The notes under the pieces: model-generated
The model's input: the letters and a program-made list of their open reading frames with translations, nothing else
Databases searched by the model: none
What the model was told of the DNA's origin: nothing
Translations under genes and position numbers: made by a program
Origin: Lentimicrobiaceae bacterium
GTDB lineage: Bacteria; Bacteroidota; Bacteroidia; Bacteroidales; F082
Assembly: GCA_015061335.1 (NCBI GenBank)
Contig: SUWT01000007.1
Location: forward strand, 897-64,896
Length of the DNA stretch: 64,000 bases
Direction of reading: 5' to 3'
In this document: positions 1 to 8,132 of the stretch, one piece after another
How the letters are laid out: each line of letters begins with the position of its first letter
How positions within the stretch are numbered: the first letter of the stretch is position 1

Positions 1-578
1 AATGTCGCCAAGGAAGCTCCTTTCACGCCCATGCCCATGTCTAAGATAAATATCGAGTCTAAGATGATGTTGAGCACCGCTCCCGATATGATTCCAATCA
101 TGGCGTAGTTGGCGTTGCCCTGTAGTCGGAGTTGACTGTTCAATGCTAATGCCGACATCATAAACGGCGTTCCTATCAGGATGAAAAACAGATATTCGTT
201 TGACAGGGACAAAATATCTGGTGTAGCTCCGATGGCTTTCGACAATGGCGTGATGAAGATAAGTCCCAATATTCCTGTGATGGCACCTAAGATGAAAGGC
301 GACAAGAATCCTGTCGCTGCCATTTTCTCGGCATCGGAATAGTTTTTGGCACCCAAAGCCTGAGAAATGAAGTTGCCCGAGCCATGACCGAAGAAAAATC
401 CGAAAGCGTTGATGAAAGTCATATATGCGAACGACACACCGACGGCTGCAGCGGCTTCGGTACTGATATGTCCGACAAAGGCAGCGTCGATAATGTTGTA
501 TAGCGAGGTGACCAACATGCTGACGATAGTAGGTCCCGACATCTTGAGGACGAGCTTCTTCACAGGAGCCTGCGTCAT
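1..578 (-). CDS. MATE family efflux transporter, N-terminal part (gene continues past window start)
   Basis: Manual translation of the minus strand from ATG at 578 gives MTQAPVKKLVLKMSGPTIVSMLVTSLYNIIDAAFVGHISTEAAAAVGVSFAYM..GHGSGNFISQALGAKNY, a typical MATE N-terminus. It is absent from the ORF track because it runs off the edge. A GTG at 644 is an alternative start. Confidence 0.7.
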   Translation of the reverse strand, partial: MTQAPVKKLVLKMSGPTIVSMLVTSLYNIIDAAFVGHISTEAAAAVGVSFAYMTFINAFGFFFGHGSGNFISQALGAKNYSDAEKMAATGFLSPFILGAITGILGLIFITPLSKAIGATPDILSLSNEYLFFILIGTPFMMSALALNSQLRLQGNANYAMIGIISGAVLNIILDSIFILDMGMGVKGASLAT

Positions 579-652
579 CAAGGTGTAACGTTCGTCTCGC
601 TTACGTTCGTCGTCTTCGATATTATGACTTCTTATATGTGCCACTGATGTTA

Positions 653-2248
653 TTATTTTTTAACAATCGGCATTTCTCTCATCGCAAAAGGCATAGGCGA
701 GATCGCCAAGACAGGCGCAAGTTGGAAACGCTTGAAGTCGTTACGGTAAACCATCTTCACGACCTTGTTAACAACAACTTCATCGTAACCTTGTTCAACG
801 ATTTCTTCAGCACTTTTTGATAGTTCAATATGTTGATATAAAATAGCGTCCAATATTGGATAATCCGGCAGACTGTCGGTGTCTTTCTGGTCGGGGCGCA
901 ACTCTGCTGATGGTGGTTTGTTGATTGTATGCCAAGGAATTATCTCTTTGTCACGGTTTATGTAACGGCAAAGTTCAAAGGCTTCTGTCTTATAAAGGTC
1001 GCCGATGACGGAGAGACTTCCGCAGAGGTCGCCGTATAAAGTTCCGTAGCCGACGGATGCCTCGCTTTTATTGCTTGTATTCAATAAGATGTTGCCGAAT
1101 TTATTTGAAATCGCCATCACGATAACGCCTCTGCTTCTTGCCTGAAGATTCTCTTCCGTCACATCGAAAGGCAAGTCTTTGAATATCGGTTTCAAAGTCT
1201 CTTCAAAAGCGTCGTATGCAGTTTTTATCGGCACGATGTGATAAGGACATCCGAGGTTTTCCGCTGATGCGATGGCATCGGTGACAGAATGGTCTGACGA
1301 ATATTGTGATGGCATCAAGATTCCCATTACGTTTTCCGGACCTAAAGCCTTTGCTGCCAATGCTATTACGAGAGCTGAGTCTAATCCGCCTGACAATCCT
1401 AAGACAGCTTTCTTGAAACCTTGTTTTTGGAAGAAGTCGCGGATGCCGAGAACCAAAGCATCGTGGATGAGTTCCATCTTTGAAGGAATGAGCTGATTGT
1501 CTTCTCTCTTCATCGAGATGAAAAGTTCGCAGTCGAACGTCGATATTTCCTCTTTGAAGAAAGGCAGACTTTTGATGACGTAGCCCATATAACCGAAAAC
1601 CATGGAGCCGCCGTCGTAAATAAGATTAGCATTTCCACCGACTTGATTTACGTAAATCAATGGTATCTCGTGTTTTAAGGCTGTCATGCGGAGAATCTCT
1701 CTTCTCTTGGCAGCACGTTGATAGTCGAAGCGGTCGGCGGCGAGGTTGACGATAATCTCAGGTTTCTCTTCAAAGTCGTCGATGCGGTTTGTCATCAGGA
1801 ATTCGTCTTCGCCAATATTATAAAGGTCTTCGCCAATAGTGACTGCGACTTTCATACAACCAAGTTGAAGTATGTTGGTTTCGTCGGCAGGTTCGAAATA
1901 ATTTGTTAAACCTACGTTTTTCTTTTTGAAGATCTGTCGTTTGCCTTGATGCAGGAATATTGCTGCGTTGAAGAGCGGCTTGCCTTTACCGGAAGTGTTT
2001 CTTACAGGCGCGCCTATTAATAGAGGTATGGTATCACATCGTTCAGCTATTTCGTCGATGGCTTTCTCGCAGCGGTCAATAAAGTCGGTGTATCCTAATA
2101 GATTAGAAGGAGGGAAACCGCAGAGCGATAATTCCGAAAATACCACTAAAGAAGAACCTTTCGACTGTTGAGCTGCGGCGATGATTTTTTCCTTGTTGCC
2201 ATCAATGTCGCCGACGATGAAGTTTATCTGAGCTAATGTTATCTTCAT
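653..2248 (-). CDS. nadE: glutamine-dependent NAD+ synthetase
   Basis: 531 aa. The N-terminal half is CN-hydrolase-like. The C-terminal half carries the PP-loop motif LGLSGGLDSA of NAD synthases. Confidence 0.9.
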   Translation of the reverse strand: MKITLAQINFIVGDIDGNKEKIIAAAQQSKGSSLVVFSELSLCGFPPSNLLGYTDFIDRCEKAIDEIAERCDTIPLLIGAPVRNTSGKGKPLFNAAIFLHQGKRQIFKKKNVGLTNYFEPADETNILQLGCMKVAVTIGEDLYNIGEDEFLMTNRIDDFEEKPEIIVNLAADRFDYQRAAKRREILRMTALKHEIPLIYVNQVGGNANLIYDGGSMVFGYMGYVIKSLPFFKEEISTFDCELFISMKREDNQLIPSKMELIHDALVLGIRDFFQKQGFKKAVLGLSGGLDSALVIALAAKALGPENVMGILMPSQYSSDHSVTDAIASAENLGCPYHIVPIKTAYDAFEETLKPIFKDLPFDVTEENLQARSRGVIVMAISNKFGNILLNTSNKSEASVGYGTLYGDLCGSLSVIGDLYKTEAFELCRYINRDKEIIPWHTINKPPSAELRPDQKDTDSLPDYPILDAILYQHIELSKSAEEIVEQGYDEVVVNKVVKMVYRNDFKRFQLAPVLAISPMPFAMREMPIVKK

Positions 2249-2253
2249 TTTAA

Positions 2254-2892
2254 TTAAAATAAGAATCCTATTTCGATGCCAATGTTGTTTAGCATAACAT
2301 CATGATTAAGATTGTTGTTGTTTTTATAAATGTTAACGAAATTATTATTATAGACTAAAGATGCTGTGATGCAACTCGATTTATACACATAATATTCTAC
2401 GCCTAATTTAACGATAAGAGCATGTCGCAATGAGTTAAATGCATTGTCTATCATAAGGTCATTGCCTTGATTGTCAATATGTTTATCGCTGCTGTTAAGT
2501 TTTATTCCTAATCCGTAACCTATGTTGCCAGTTATCCTAAGGTCACCGATTTTCTCTGTTCTCATCATAAGACTAAGAGGAATTTCTAGATATTGGTTTT
2601 TAATATTACAATCTATAATCTGTTGTTTTTCATTGTTATATGAGTAAGATGCATCAATATATTTAATGTTAAAACCTGTGGAGAAGCCGTAATTTTCAAC
2701 AAAATAGAAATTGCCAACGAAGCCCCAGTTAAAAGAAAAATCATTAGGTTCTTTGATCAGATTATCGGAATTGAGTTTTGCCCAGCCTATTCCTGGCTCA
2801 ACCTTTAATCCGAATTGAAATGGTTTGAATTGTGCTAATACACTGGTGGTCAGAGCTATAACTAAAGCTAGTGTTAAAAATATCTTTTTCAT
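2254..2892 (-). CDS. small outer-membrane beta-barrel protein
   Basis: 212 aa with signal peptide MKKIFLTLALVIALTTSVLAQ. Alternating aromatic/hydrophobic strand pattern and a C-terminal ..IGFLF. Confidence 0.6.
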   Translation of the reverse strand: MKKIFLTLALVIALTTSVLAQFKPFQFGLKVEPGIGWAKLNSDNLIKEPNDFSFNWGFVGNFYFVENYGFSTGFNIKYIDASYSYNNEKQQIIDCNIKNQYLEIPLSLMMRTEKIGDLRITGNIGYGLGIKLNSSDKHIDNQGNDLMIDNAFNSLRHALIVKLGVEYYVYKSSCITASLVYNNNFVNIYKNNNNLNHDVMLNNIGIEIGFLF

Positions 2893-2971
2893 ATTGAACT
2901 AAATTTTAAACGACTAAATTACAATTTTTTTTAAAAATAATTGCAAAATACTTTATTTAATAATTTTTCGT

Positions 2972-2979
2972 TATCTTTG
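2972..2979 (+). promoter_or_regulatory. Bacteroides-type -7 box TATCTTTG
   Basis: Exact TAnnTTTG match 24 nt upstream of the ATG at 3004. Confidence 0.45.
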
Positions 2980-3003
2980 TGGTAAATTTAAAAAAGAACA
3001 AAA

Positions 3004-3681
3004 ATGAAAAAAGTACTGTTATTATTCGCTGCGCTTTTCGTGGCAACAATCGCTAATGCGCAATTTGACATCTGTGTAGGTCCTAAAGTAGGTTACCAAG
3101 CAACAAAATTATCTTTAGATAAGCAAAGCATCAAATCGAGTTTCAAAGGCAATATGACATTCGGTGTTTTCGGTCGTGTGACCATCAAGAAATTTATCGT
3201 CCAGCCTGAGCTTTTATATTTCAAATCTGGTAAAGTCTTTGAAGTCAGTGTGTTAGGAGATAATTTTGGCATCGATAATCCGGCTTTAAATCCAACATTC
3301 ACTATCAACCAAGCTAATTTGGCTCTTCCTATTTTTCTAGGATATCAATTCCTTGATTTAGATTTGATTAAGATGAGAGCCAATGTTGGTCCTGTGTTTT
3401 ATTTTGCTGTAGGTGGAACGGAATATGTCTATCCGAGTCCTATAGGTAATGGAACGAGTTATGTAACAAATAACACTTCTCCTAATGAAGAAATGACGTT
3501 AGGTGCAGCTCTTAACCTTGGTGTTGATGTGTGGCGCTTTACTTTGGATATCAACTATAGCTTAGGTTTGACAGATGCTTTCGACGATGAGATTGAGATA
3601 CCTGGAGTTGGAGAGTTTGAGGTTGATGACGATACAAAACAAAATATCTTTACAGTAACATTAGGATTTAAACTTCTATAA
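3004..3681 (+). CDS. small outer-membrane beta-barrel protein
   Basis: 225 aa with signal peptide MKKVLLLFAALFVATIANAQ. Beta-strand periodicity and a C-terminal ..VTLGFKLL. Confidence 0.6.
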   Translation: MKKVLLLFAALFVATIANAQFDICVGPKVGYQATKLSLDKQSIKSSFKGNMTFGVFGRVTIKKFIVQPELLYFKSGKVFEVSVLGDNFGIDNPALNPTFTINQANLALPIFLGYQFLDLDLIKMRANVGPVFYFAVGGTEYVYPSPIGNGTSYVTNNTSPNEEMTLGAALNLGVDVWRFTLDINYSLGLTDAFDDEIEIPGVGEFEVDDDTKQNIFTVTLGFKLL

Positions 3682-3708
3682 TAGTCATAAAGACATAAAG
3701 TCTAAAGG

Positions 3709-3768
3709 ACGCAAAGTGGTGGAGTGATAAATCTTAAAATATGATTCTCTGCAACTTTGCGTTTTTTT
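3709..3768 (+). terminator. hairpin (ACGCAAAGT / ACTTTGCGT) followed by a T7 run
   Basis: 9-bp perfect stem (3709-3717 / 3754-3762) around a long 36-nt loop, then TTTTTTT. It lies 28 nt after the stop at 3681. Confidence 0.5.
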
Positions 3769-3780
3769 GTATAAAACTCT

Positions 3781-3812
3781 GCGACCTTGCGACCTTGCGA
3801 CCTTGTGACTCT
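3781..3812. repeat. octamer tandem array (GCGACCTT)x3 plus one degenerate unit
   Basis: The sequence reads GCGACCTT GCGACCTT GCGACCTT GTGACTCT directly. Confidence 0.9.
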
Positions 3813-3826
3813 AAAACTTAAAATAA

Positions 3827-5107
3827 ATGAATATAGATAACACCCTTTTCATAAATAACAGGAAGAACTTCGCTGAGAAGATGGCGAAAAATTCAATGGC
3901 TGTTTTCTGTGCCAACGAAGAGATGCCTCGTAATGGCGACCAGTTTTATCCATATCGCCAGCAGTCGGATTTCTTCTATCTCACAGGCATCGACCGCGAC
4001 TGCGCATACCTTATTATATACCCTGACCATCCGAATCCGGAGATGCGCGAGATTCTCTTCGTGGAACCTTATAGCGAATCGAAAGTGATTTGGCGCGGCG
4101 AGATGATTGACGCTAAAGAAGCCGCTGAAATATCAGGAGCCGCCAAGGTGATGTATAGCGACAAATTCAACTCGACACTTCAAGACCTCGCCCTTTCTTG
4201 CGAGACGATCTATCTCAACACTTACGAATATCCTCGTTATGAGTGTCCAGTCGTGACAATACAACAACGTTTCATCGATGAGATAAAAGCGAAATTCCCT
4301 CTGCATAAATTTGAACGCTCGGCACCTATATTAAATAAGCTCCGCATGGTTAAGTCGCAAGAGGAAATCGAAGTCACGAAACAAGCCTGTGACATCACGG
4401 CAGAAGCATTCCGTCGTTGCCTTAAAACAGTGAAACCGGAACGTTACGAATATCAGATACAAGCAGAGATAGAATACATATTCAAATATAACGGTGCAAA
4501 CGGTAATGCCTATCACCCGATAGTTGCTGCCGGTAAGAACGCCTGCTGTCTGCATTATTCGGCAAACAATAAAATTTTAAAAGACGGCGACCTAATTCTC
4601 TTCGACATAGGCTGCGAATTGAAGAACTATTCTTCTGACCTAAGCCGCACCATTCCTATCAACGGAAAATTCACTCAGAGACAGAAAGATTGTTATAACG
4701 CAGTCCTTCGTGTGATGAAAGAAATCACGAAGCTCTATAAACCGGGCGGAACCATCGACGAGATAAACAGGACGACATATAAGTTGATGGAAGAAGAGAT
4801 GATAAAACTCGGACTCTTCACTGCGGAAGATGTCGTTAATCAAGACCCGGATTTTCCATTGTATAGAAAATATCTCATGCACGGCATGGCGCATCATATC
4901 GGATTAGATGTTCACGACAGCGTTGATAAGTTCGAACCTTTCAAGCCGGGCATGATTCTCACCTGCGAGCCGGGAATCTACATCAGAGAAGAAGGCATCG
5001 GAATCAGGATCGAGAACGATTTGCTCATCACAGAAGGTGAACCGATAAACCTCTTTGAAGGACTTCCGATTGAGGTGGAGGAAATTGAGGGGTTAATGAG
5101 GAATTAG
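3827..5107 (+). CDS. Xaa-Pro aminopeptidase, M24B family (paralog 1)
   Basis: 426 aa. AMP_N-like N-terminus (YPYRQQSDFFYLTG) and M24 motifs DIGCE..SDLSRT, HGMAHHIGLDVHD, EPGIY, IRIEND. Confidence 0.85.
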   Translation: MNIDNTLFINNRKNFAEKMAKNSMAVFCANEEMPRNGDQFYPYRQQSDFFYLTGIDRDCAYLIIYPDHPNPEMREILFVEPYSESKVIWRGEMIDAKEAAEISGAAKVMYSDKFNSTLQDLALSCETIYLNTYEYPRYECPVVTIQQRFIDEIKAKFPLHKFERSAPILNKLRMVKSQEEIEVTKQACDITAEAFRRCLKTVKPERYEYQIQAEIEYIFKYNGANGNAYHPIVAAGKNACCLHYSANNKILKDGDLILFDIGCELKNYSSDLSRTIPINGKFTQRQKDCYNAVLRVMKEITKLYKPGGTIDEINRTTYKLMEEEMIKLGLFTAEDVVNQDPDFPLYRKYLMHGMAHHIGLDVHDSVDKFEPFKPGMILTCEPGIYIREEGIGIRIENDLLITEGEPINLFEGLPIEVEEIEGLMRN

Positions 5108-5251
5108 GAATTAGGAATTAGGAATTAGGAATGAGGAATGAGGAATGAGGAATGAGGAATTGTTGTAGAGACGCGTTAATGTAACCTGCAAAATAAAAAT
5201 ACATTGACACGTCTCAAATAATGAACAATTAACAATTGACAATTAATTATT
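5099..5251 (+). repeat. composite intergenic element, copy 1: (AGGAATT/AGGAATG)x9 - GTAGAGACG hairpin core - (AACAATT/GACAATT)x4
   Basis: Heptamer array at 5099-5161 (4x AGGAATT, 4x AGGAATG, 1x AGGAATT) contains the TAG stop of the upstream gene (5105-5107). Core arms are GAGACGCGTTAATGT (5168-5182) and ACATTGACACGTCTC (5201-5215), separated by an 18-nt loop. Second array at 5224-5251. Confidence 0.9.
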
Positions 5252-5294
5252 AACAAAATGGGCTAGTACTATTGTCCTTAAAAAAAGAAATACT

Positions 5295-6716
5295 ATGTTT
5301 TCAAAAGAAGTTTTCGCGTGCCGTCGCGCCGCTTTATTAAAATCTGGTCTCAAAGGTATAGCATTCTTTCCTGCTAACGACGAGGCTTCTCTCAATTATC
5401 CTGATAACACTTACCGCTATCGTCAAGACAGCAACTTCGCTTATTTCTTCGGTCTCGACACTCCTGACCTTGTCGGTGTCATCGACTTCGAATCAGGCGA
5501 GGAAATCCTCTTCGGTAGAGAAATAACAATCGACGATATTATCTGGTGCGGTAACCTTCCTTCTCTCACCGAACAAGGCGAGATGATCGCTGTGAAACAA
5601 ACCCGTGACATCAACGGTTTCGGCGAATATCTCCGCGAGGCTGTAGCTAAAGGAAGACAAATCCACATGCTTCCTCCTTACCGCGGCGATATGAAGATAA
5701 AACTCGCCAAATGGTTCAACACCGACATCGACAGTCTCTCAAAATATGTAAGTCAAGAACTTATCGCTGAGGTTGTTAAACTTCGTGAGATAAAATCTGA
5801 TGTCGAGATTGAAGATATGGAAAAAGCTGCCAACACAGCATATTTCATGCATACCACGGCGATGAAGATGTGTAAGCCAGGCGTCATCGAGCAAGAAATT
5901 GCTGGCGCTGTTGAAGGCATCGCTATCTCAAACGGTTATGGCGTTTCTTTCCCTGTGATATTAAGCGTCGATGGTCAGACATTGCACAACCACAGTCATA
6001 ACAACGTGCTTCAAGAAGGAAGAATGATGGTCTGTGACGCCGGCGCTGAGACTAAGAACTACTACGCTTCCGACTTCACACGTACAATTCCGGTAGGCGG
6101 CAAGTTCAACGCTCGTCAGGCTGACATCTACAATATCGTCTTGAAAGCCAATATGGAAGTCATCAACAACACACGTCCTTTCAACAGATATTTCGATATG
6201 CACGTCTTGGCTTGTCGTACCATCATTGAAGGCTTGAATGCAGTAGGTCTTATGAAAGGCAATGTCGATGACGCTCTCGCAGCAGGCGCACATTATTTAT
6301 TTATGCCTCACGGACTTGGTCATGCTCTCGGCATGGACGTTCACGATATGGAAGGTCTCGGTGAAAACAATGTAGGTTATGATGCAGAAACACCTCGTGC
6401 CACAAAAGAAGGCTTCAGAGGCTTACGCTGCGGCAAGGTTCTAAAACCTGGAATGGTTGTCACCGACGAACCTGGAATATATTTCATTCCGACATTAATC
6501 GATATCTGGAAGGCAGAAGGCAAACATAAAGACTTCATCAATTATGATAAGGTGGAGACTTACAAAGACTTCGGAGGAATCAGAATTGAAGACGATTTGT
6601 TAGTTACCAACGACGGCATCAGAGTTCTCGGTCGTCCGATACCAAAGACAGTGGCAGAGGTAGAAGCCTGCTGTGCTGAAGGCAGAGAATGGATGAGAAT
6701 TCCAGGAATTATTTGA
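5295..6716 (+). CDS. Xaa-Pro aminopeptidase, M24B family (paralog 2)
   Basis: 473 aa. Motifs YRYRQDSNFAYFFG, CDAGAE..SDFTRT, HGLGHALGMDVHD, EPGIYF, GIRIEDD. Confidence 0.85.
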   Translation: MFSKEVFACRRAALLKSGLKGIAFFPANDEASLNYPDNTYRYRQDSNFAYFFGLDTPDLVGVIDFESGEEILFGREITIDDIIWCGNLPSLTEQGEMIAVKQTRDINGFGEYLREAVAKGRQIHMLPPYRGDMKIKLAKWFNTDIDSLSKYVSQELIAEVVKLREIKSDVEIEDMEKAANTAYFMHTTAMKMCKPGVIEQEIAGAVEGIAISNGYGVSFPVILSVDGQTLHNHSHNNVLQEGRMMVCDAGAETKNYYASDFTRTIPVGGKFNARQADIYNIVLKANMEVINNTRPFNRYFDMHVLACRTIIEGLNAVGLMKGNVDDALAAGAHYLFMPHGLGHALGMDVHDMEGLGENNVGYDAETPRATKEGFRGLRCGKVLKPGMVVTDEPGIYFIPTLIDIWKAEGKHKDFINYDKVETYKDFGGIRIEDDLLVTNDGIRVLGRPIPKTVAEVEACCAEGREWMRIPGII

Positions 6717-6726
6717 TATTATTGCG

Positions 6727-6791
6727 ATGAGCAGTGAGCTATGAGCGGTGAGATAAATATTCTGCTCATGGCTTATGGCTCAAGGCTTATG
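6727..6791. repeat. inverted pair of heptamer arrays (RTGAGCN)x4 / (GCTYAWG)x4
   Basis: 6727-6754 reads ATGAGCA GTGAGCT ATGAGCG GTGAGAT. 6764-6791 reads GCTCATG GCTTATG GCTCAAG GCTTATG. The arms are reverse complements allowing G-U pairs. The last unit contains the ATG at 6789. Confidence 0.85.
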
Positions 6792-7178
6792 AAAGGCATC
6801 TTTAAAATATTGTCGATCCTTCTTGTTTTATCAGCGATGTTTTCGTGTTCATCGCCAGATTTTTCTTTGCAAGGCAGATGGATTGTCGAGAGAGTGAATT
6901 TTGATTTTGATGAGAGAAGGAACACTCCAGAGATGATTTCTCAGTTTGGCAGTGAGGAAAGCAAGGATGAGCTGATATTTAAAAACGATAGTGTTGTATA
7001 TATCAGCATGTTGGATTATAATGGTGATTATCAGTATATGATGAATGAGAATTCAGAGATTTTTTTTAAGGATAAAGCAGATGTCAATAGGTTAGGATTT
7101 TTGAAAGACAATAAGATTTATTCTGAACATAATACAGCTATAGGGAAGATGAGGATCACCTTTATCAAAGAAGATTGA
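6789..7178 (+). CDS. small lipoprotein, unknown function
   Basis: From the internal ATG the protein starts MKGIFKILSILLVLSAMFSCSS (signal peptide plus lipobox Cys). The 6741 start would translate the repeat array. Confidence 0.55.
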   Translation: MKGIFKILSILLVLSAMFSCSSPDFSLQGRWIVERVNFDFDERRNTPEMISQFGSEESKDELIFKNDSVVYISMLDYNGDYQYMMNENSEIFFKDKADVNRLGFLKDNKIYSEHNTAIGKMRITFIKED

Positions 7179-7245
7179 GGATATTAAGACTAAAAGCGGA
7201 AGACGAAAACTCAAGAGTGTTATTTAGATATTTTCAGCTTTTGTT

Positions 7246-7893
7246 TCATTCCGGGATGTCATAATTACATCTTTTTTCATCACCTATTGTTGTTTCAGGA
7301 CCGTGACCGCAATAGCATACTGTCTCGTTGGGAAGTTCATAAAGTTTATTTTTTATGCTATCCACGAGTTCTGTATATGAGCCGCCTGGCAAATCGGTGC
7401 GTCCTACGCCTCTGCAAAAGAGAGTATCGCCTGTGATTAAGAAGCCTTGTGCTTTGTTATAGAAGCAGCAGCAACCTTTAGCGTGTCCAGGTGTGTGTAT
7501 TACCTCTAATATGTCATCTCCGATATTAATAATTTGCTTGTCGTATAAACTGATAGTTGGATATATTGTGTTTTCATCCTCATAATATATTCCAAATGCT
7601 CCAGCGTATGCGTAAGCGGTCTTGAAATAATCGTAACCATCAGGATGAGAAGCCAGGGGAATATCATATTTTTTGACGGTGGCGAAGTTGCCTAAGATAT
7701 GGTCGATATGAGCATGGGTATTTAAAATCATTATTGGTTTTAGATGATTATTGTCGATGAATTCAAATATGGCATTATCTTCTCTGCTATTGCAGTTTCC
7801 TGCATCAATAATGATACAATCGTTTGATTCGTTGTAAATTACAAAAGTATTTACGCTAATTGGGTTAAATACGAAGCATTTTATTTTCAACAT
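7246..7893 (-). CDS. MBL-fold metallo-hydrolase (glyoxalase II-like)
   Basis: 215 aa. THAHIDH metal motif, TPGHAKG, GDTLF. Confidence 0.8.
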   Translation of the reverse strand: MLKIKCFVFNPISVNTFVIYNESNDCIIIDAGNCNSREDNAIFEFIDNNHLKPIMILNTHAHIDHILGNFATVKKYDIPLASHPDGYDYFKTAYAYAGAFGIYYEDENTIYPTISLYDKQIINIGDDILEVIHTPGHAKGCCCFYNKAQGFLITGDTLFCRGVGRTDLPGGSYTELVDSIKNKLYELPNETVCYCGHGPETTIGDEKRCNYDIPE

Positions 7894-8132
7894 GGAGGCT
7901 AATTTTTGATAGCTGTAAATATAGACATATTATTAACAAAAAGAGCACCAAAATGATTTTTTTTTAATGTTTTTTTTCAACAAATAGGGTTGATAAAATC
8001 TTAATTTTTTTTAATAATTTTTGTTCTGACATGTGTTTGTATTGATATAAATTTTATAATTTAGCAAACGCAAAAAAATGCTTCGGAAATAATTTAATAA
8101 AGAAATAATTCATTCAAAATCAATATTTAGCG

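Noticed and set aside
638-820. 60-aa plus-strand ORF and similar short ORFs antisense to long genes (e.g. 1272-1496, 5961-6293, 54025-54336)
   Set aside because: All are fully nested antisense within strongly supported CDS. They have arginine/serine-rich or low-complexity translations typical of antisense frames.
7894-8132. Cobalamin riboswitch or NrdR box upstream of the B12-dependent RNR
   Set aside because: The 239-nt region is almost pure A/T. It shows no B12-box-like GCCACTG element and no paired conserved stems that I can see. A covariance-model scan would be needed to be sure.
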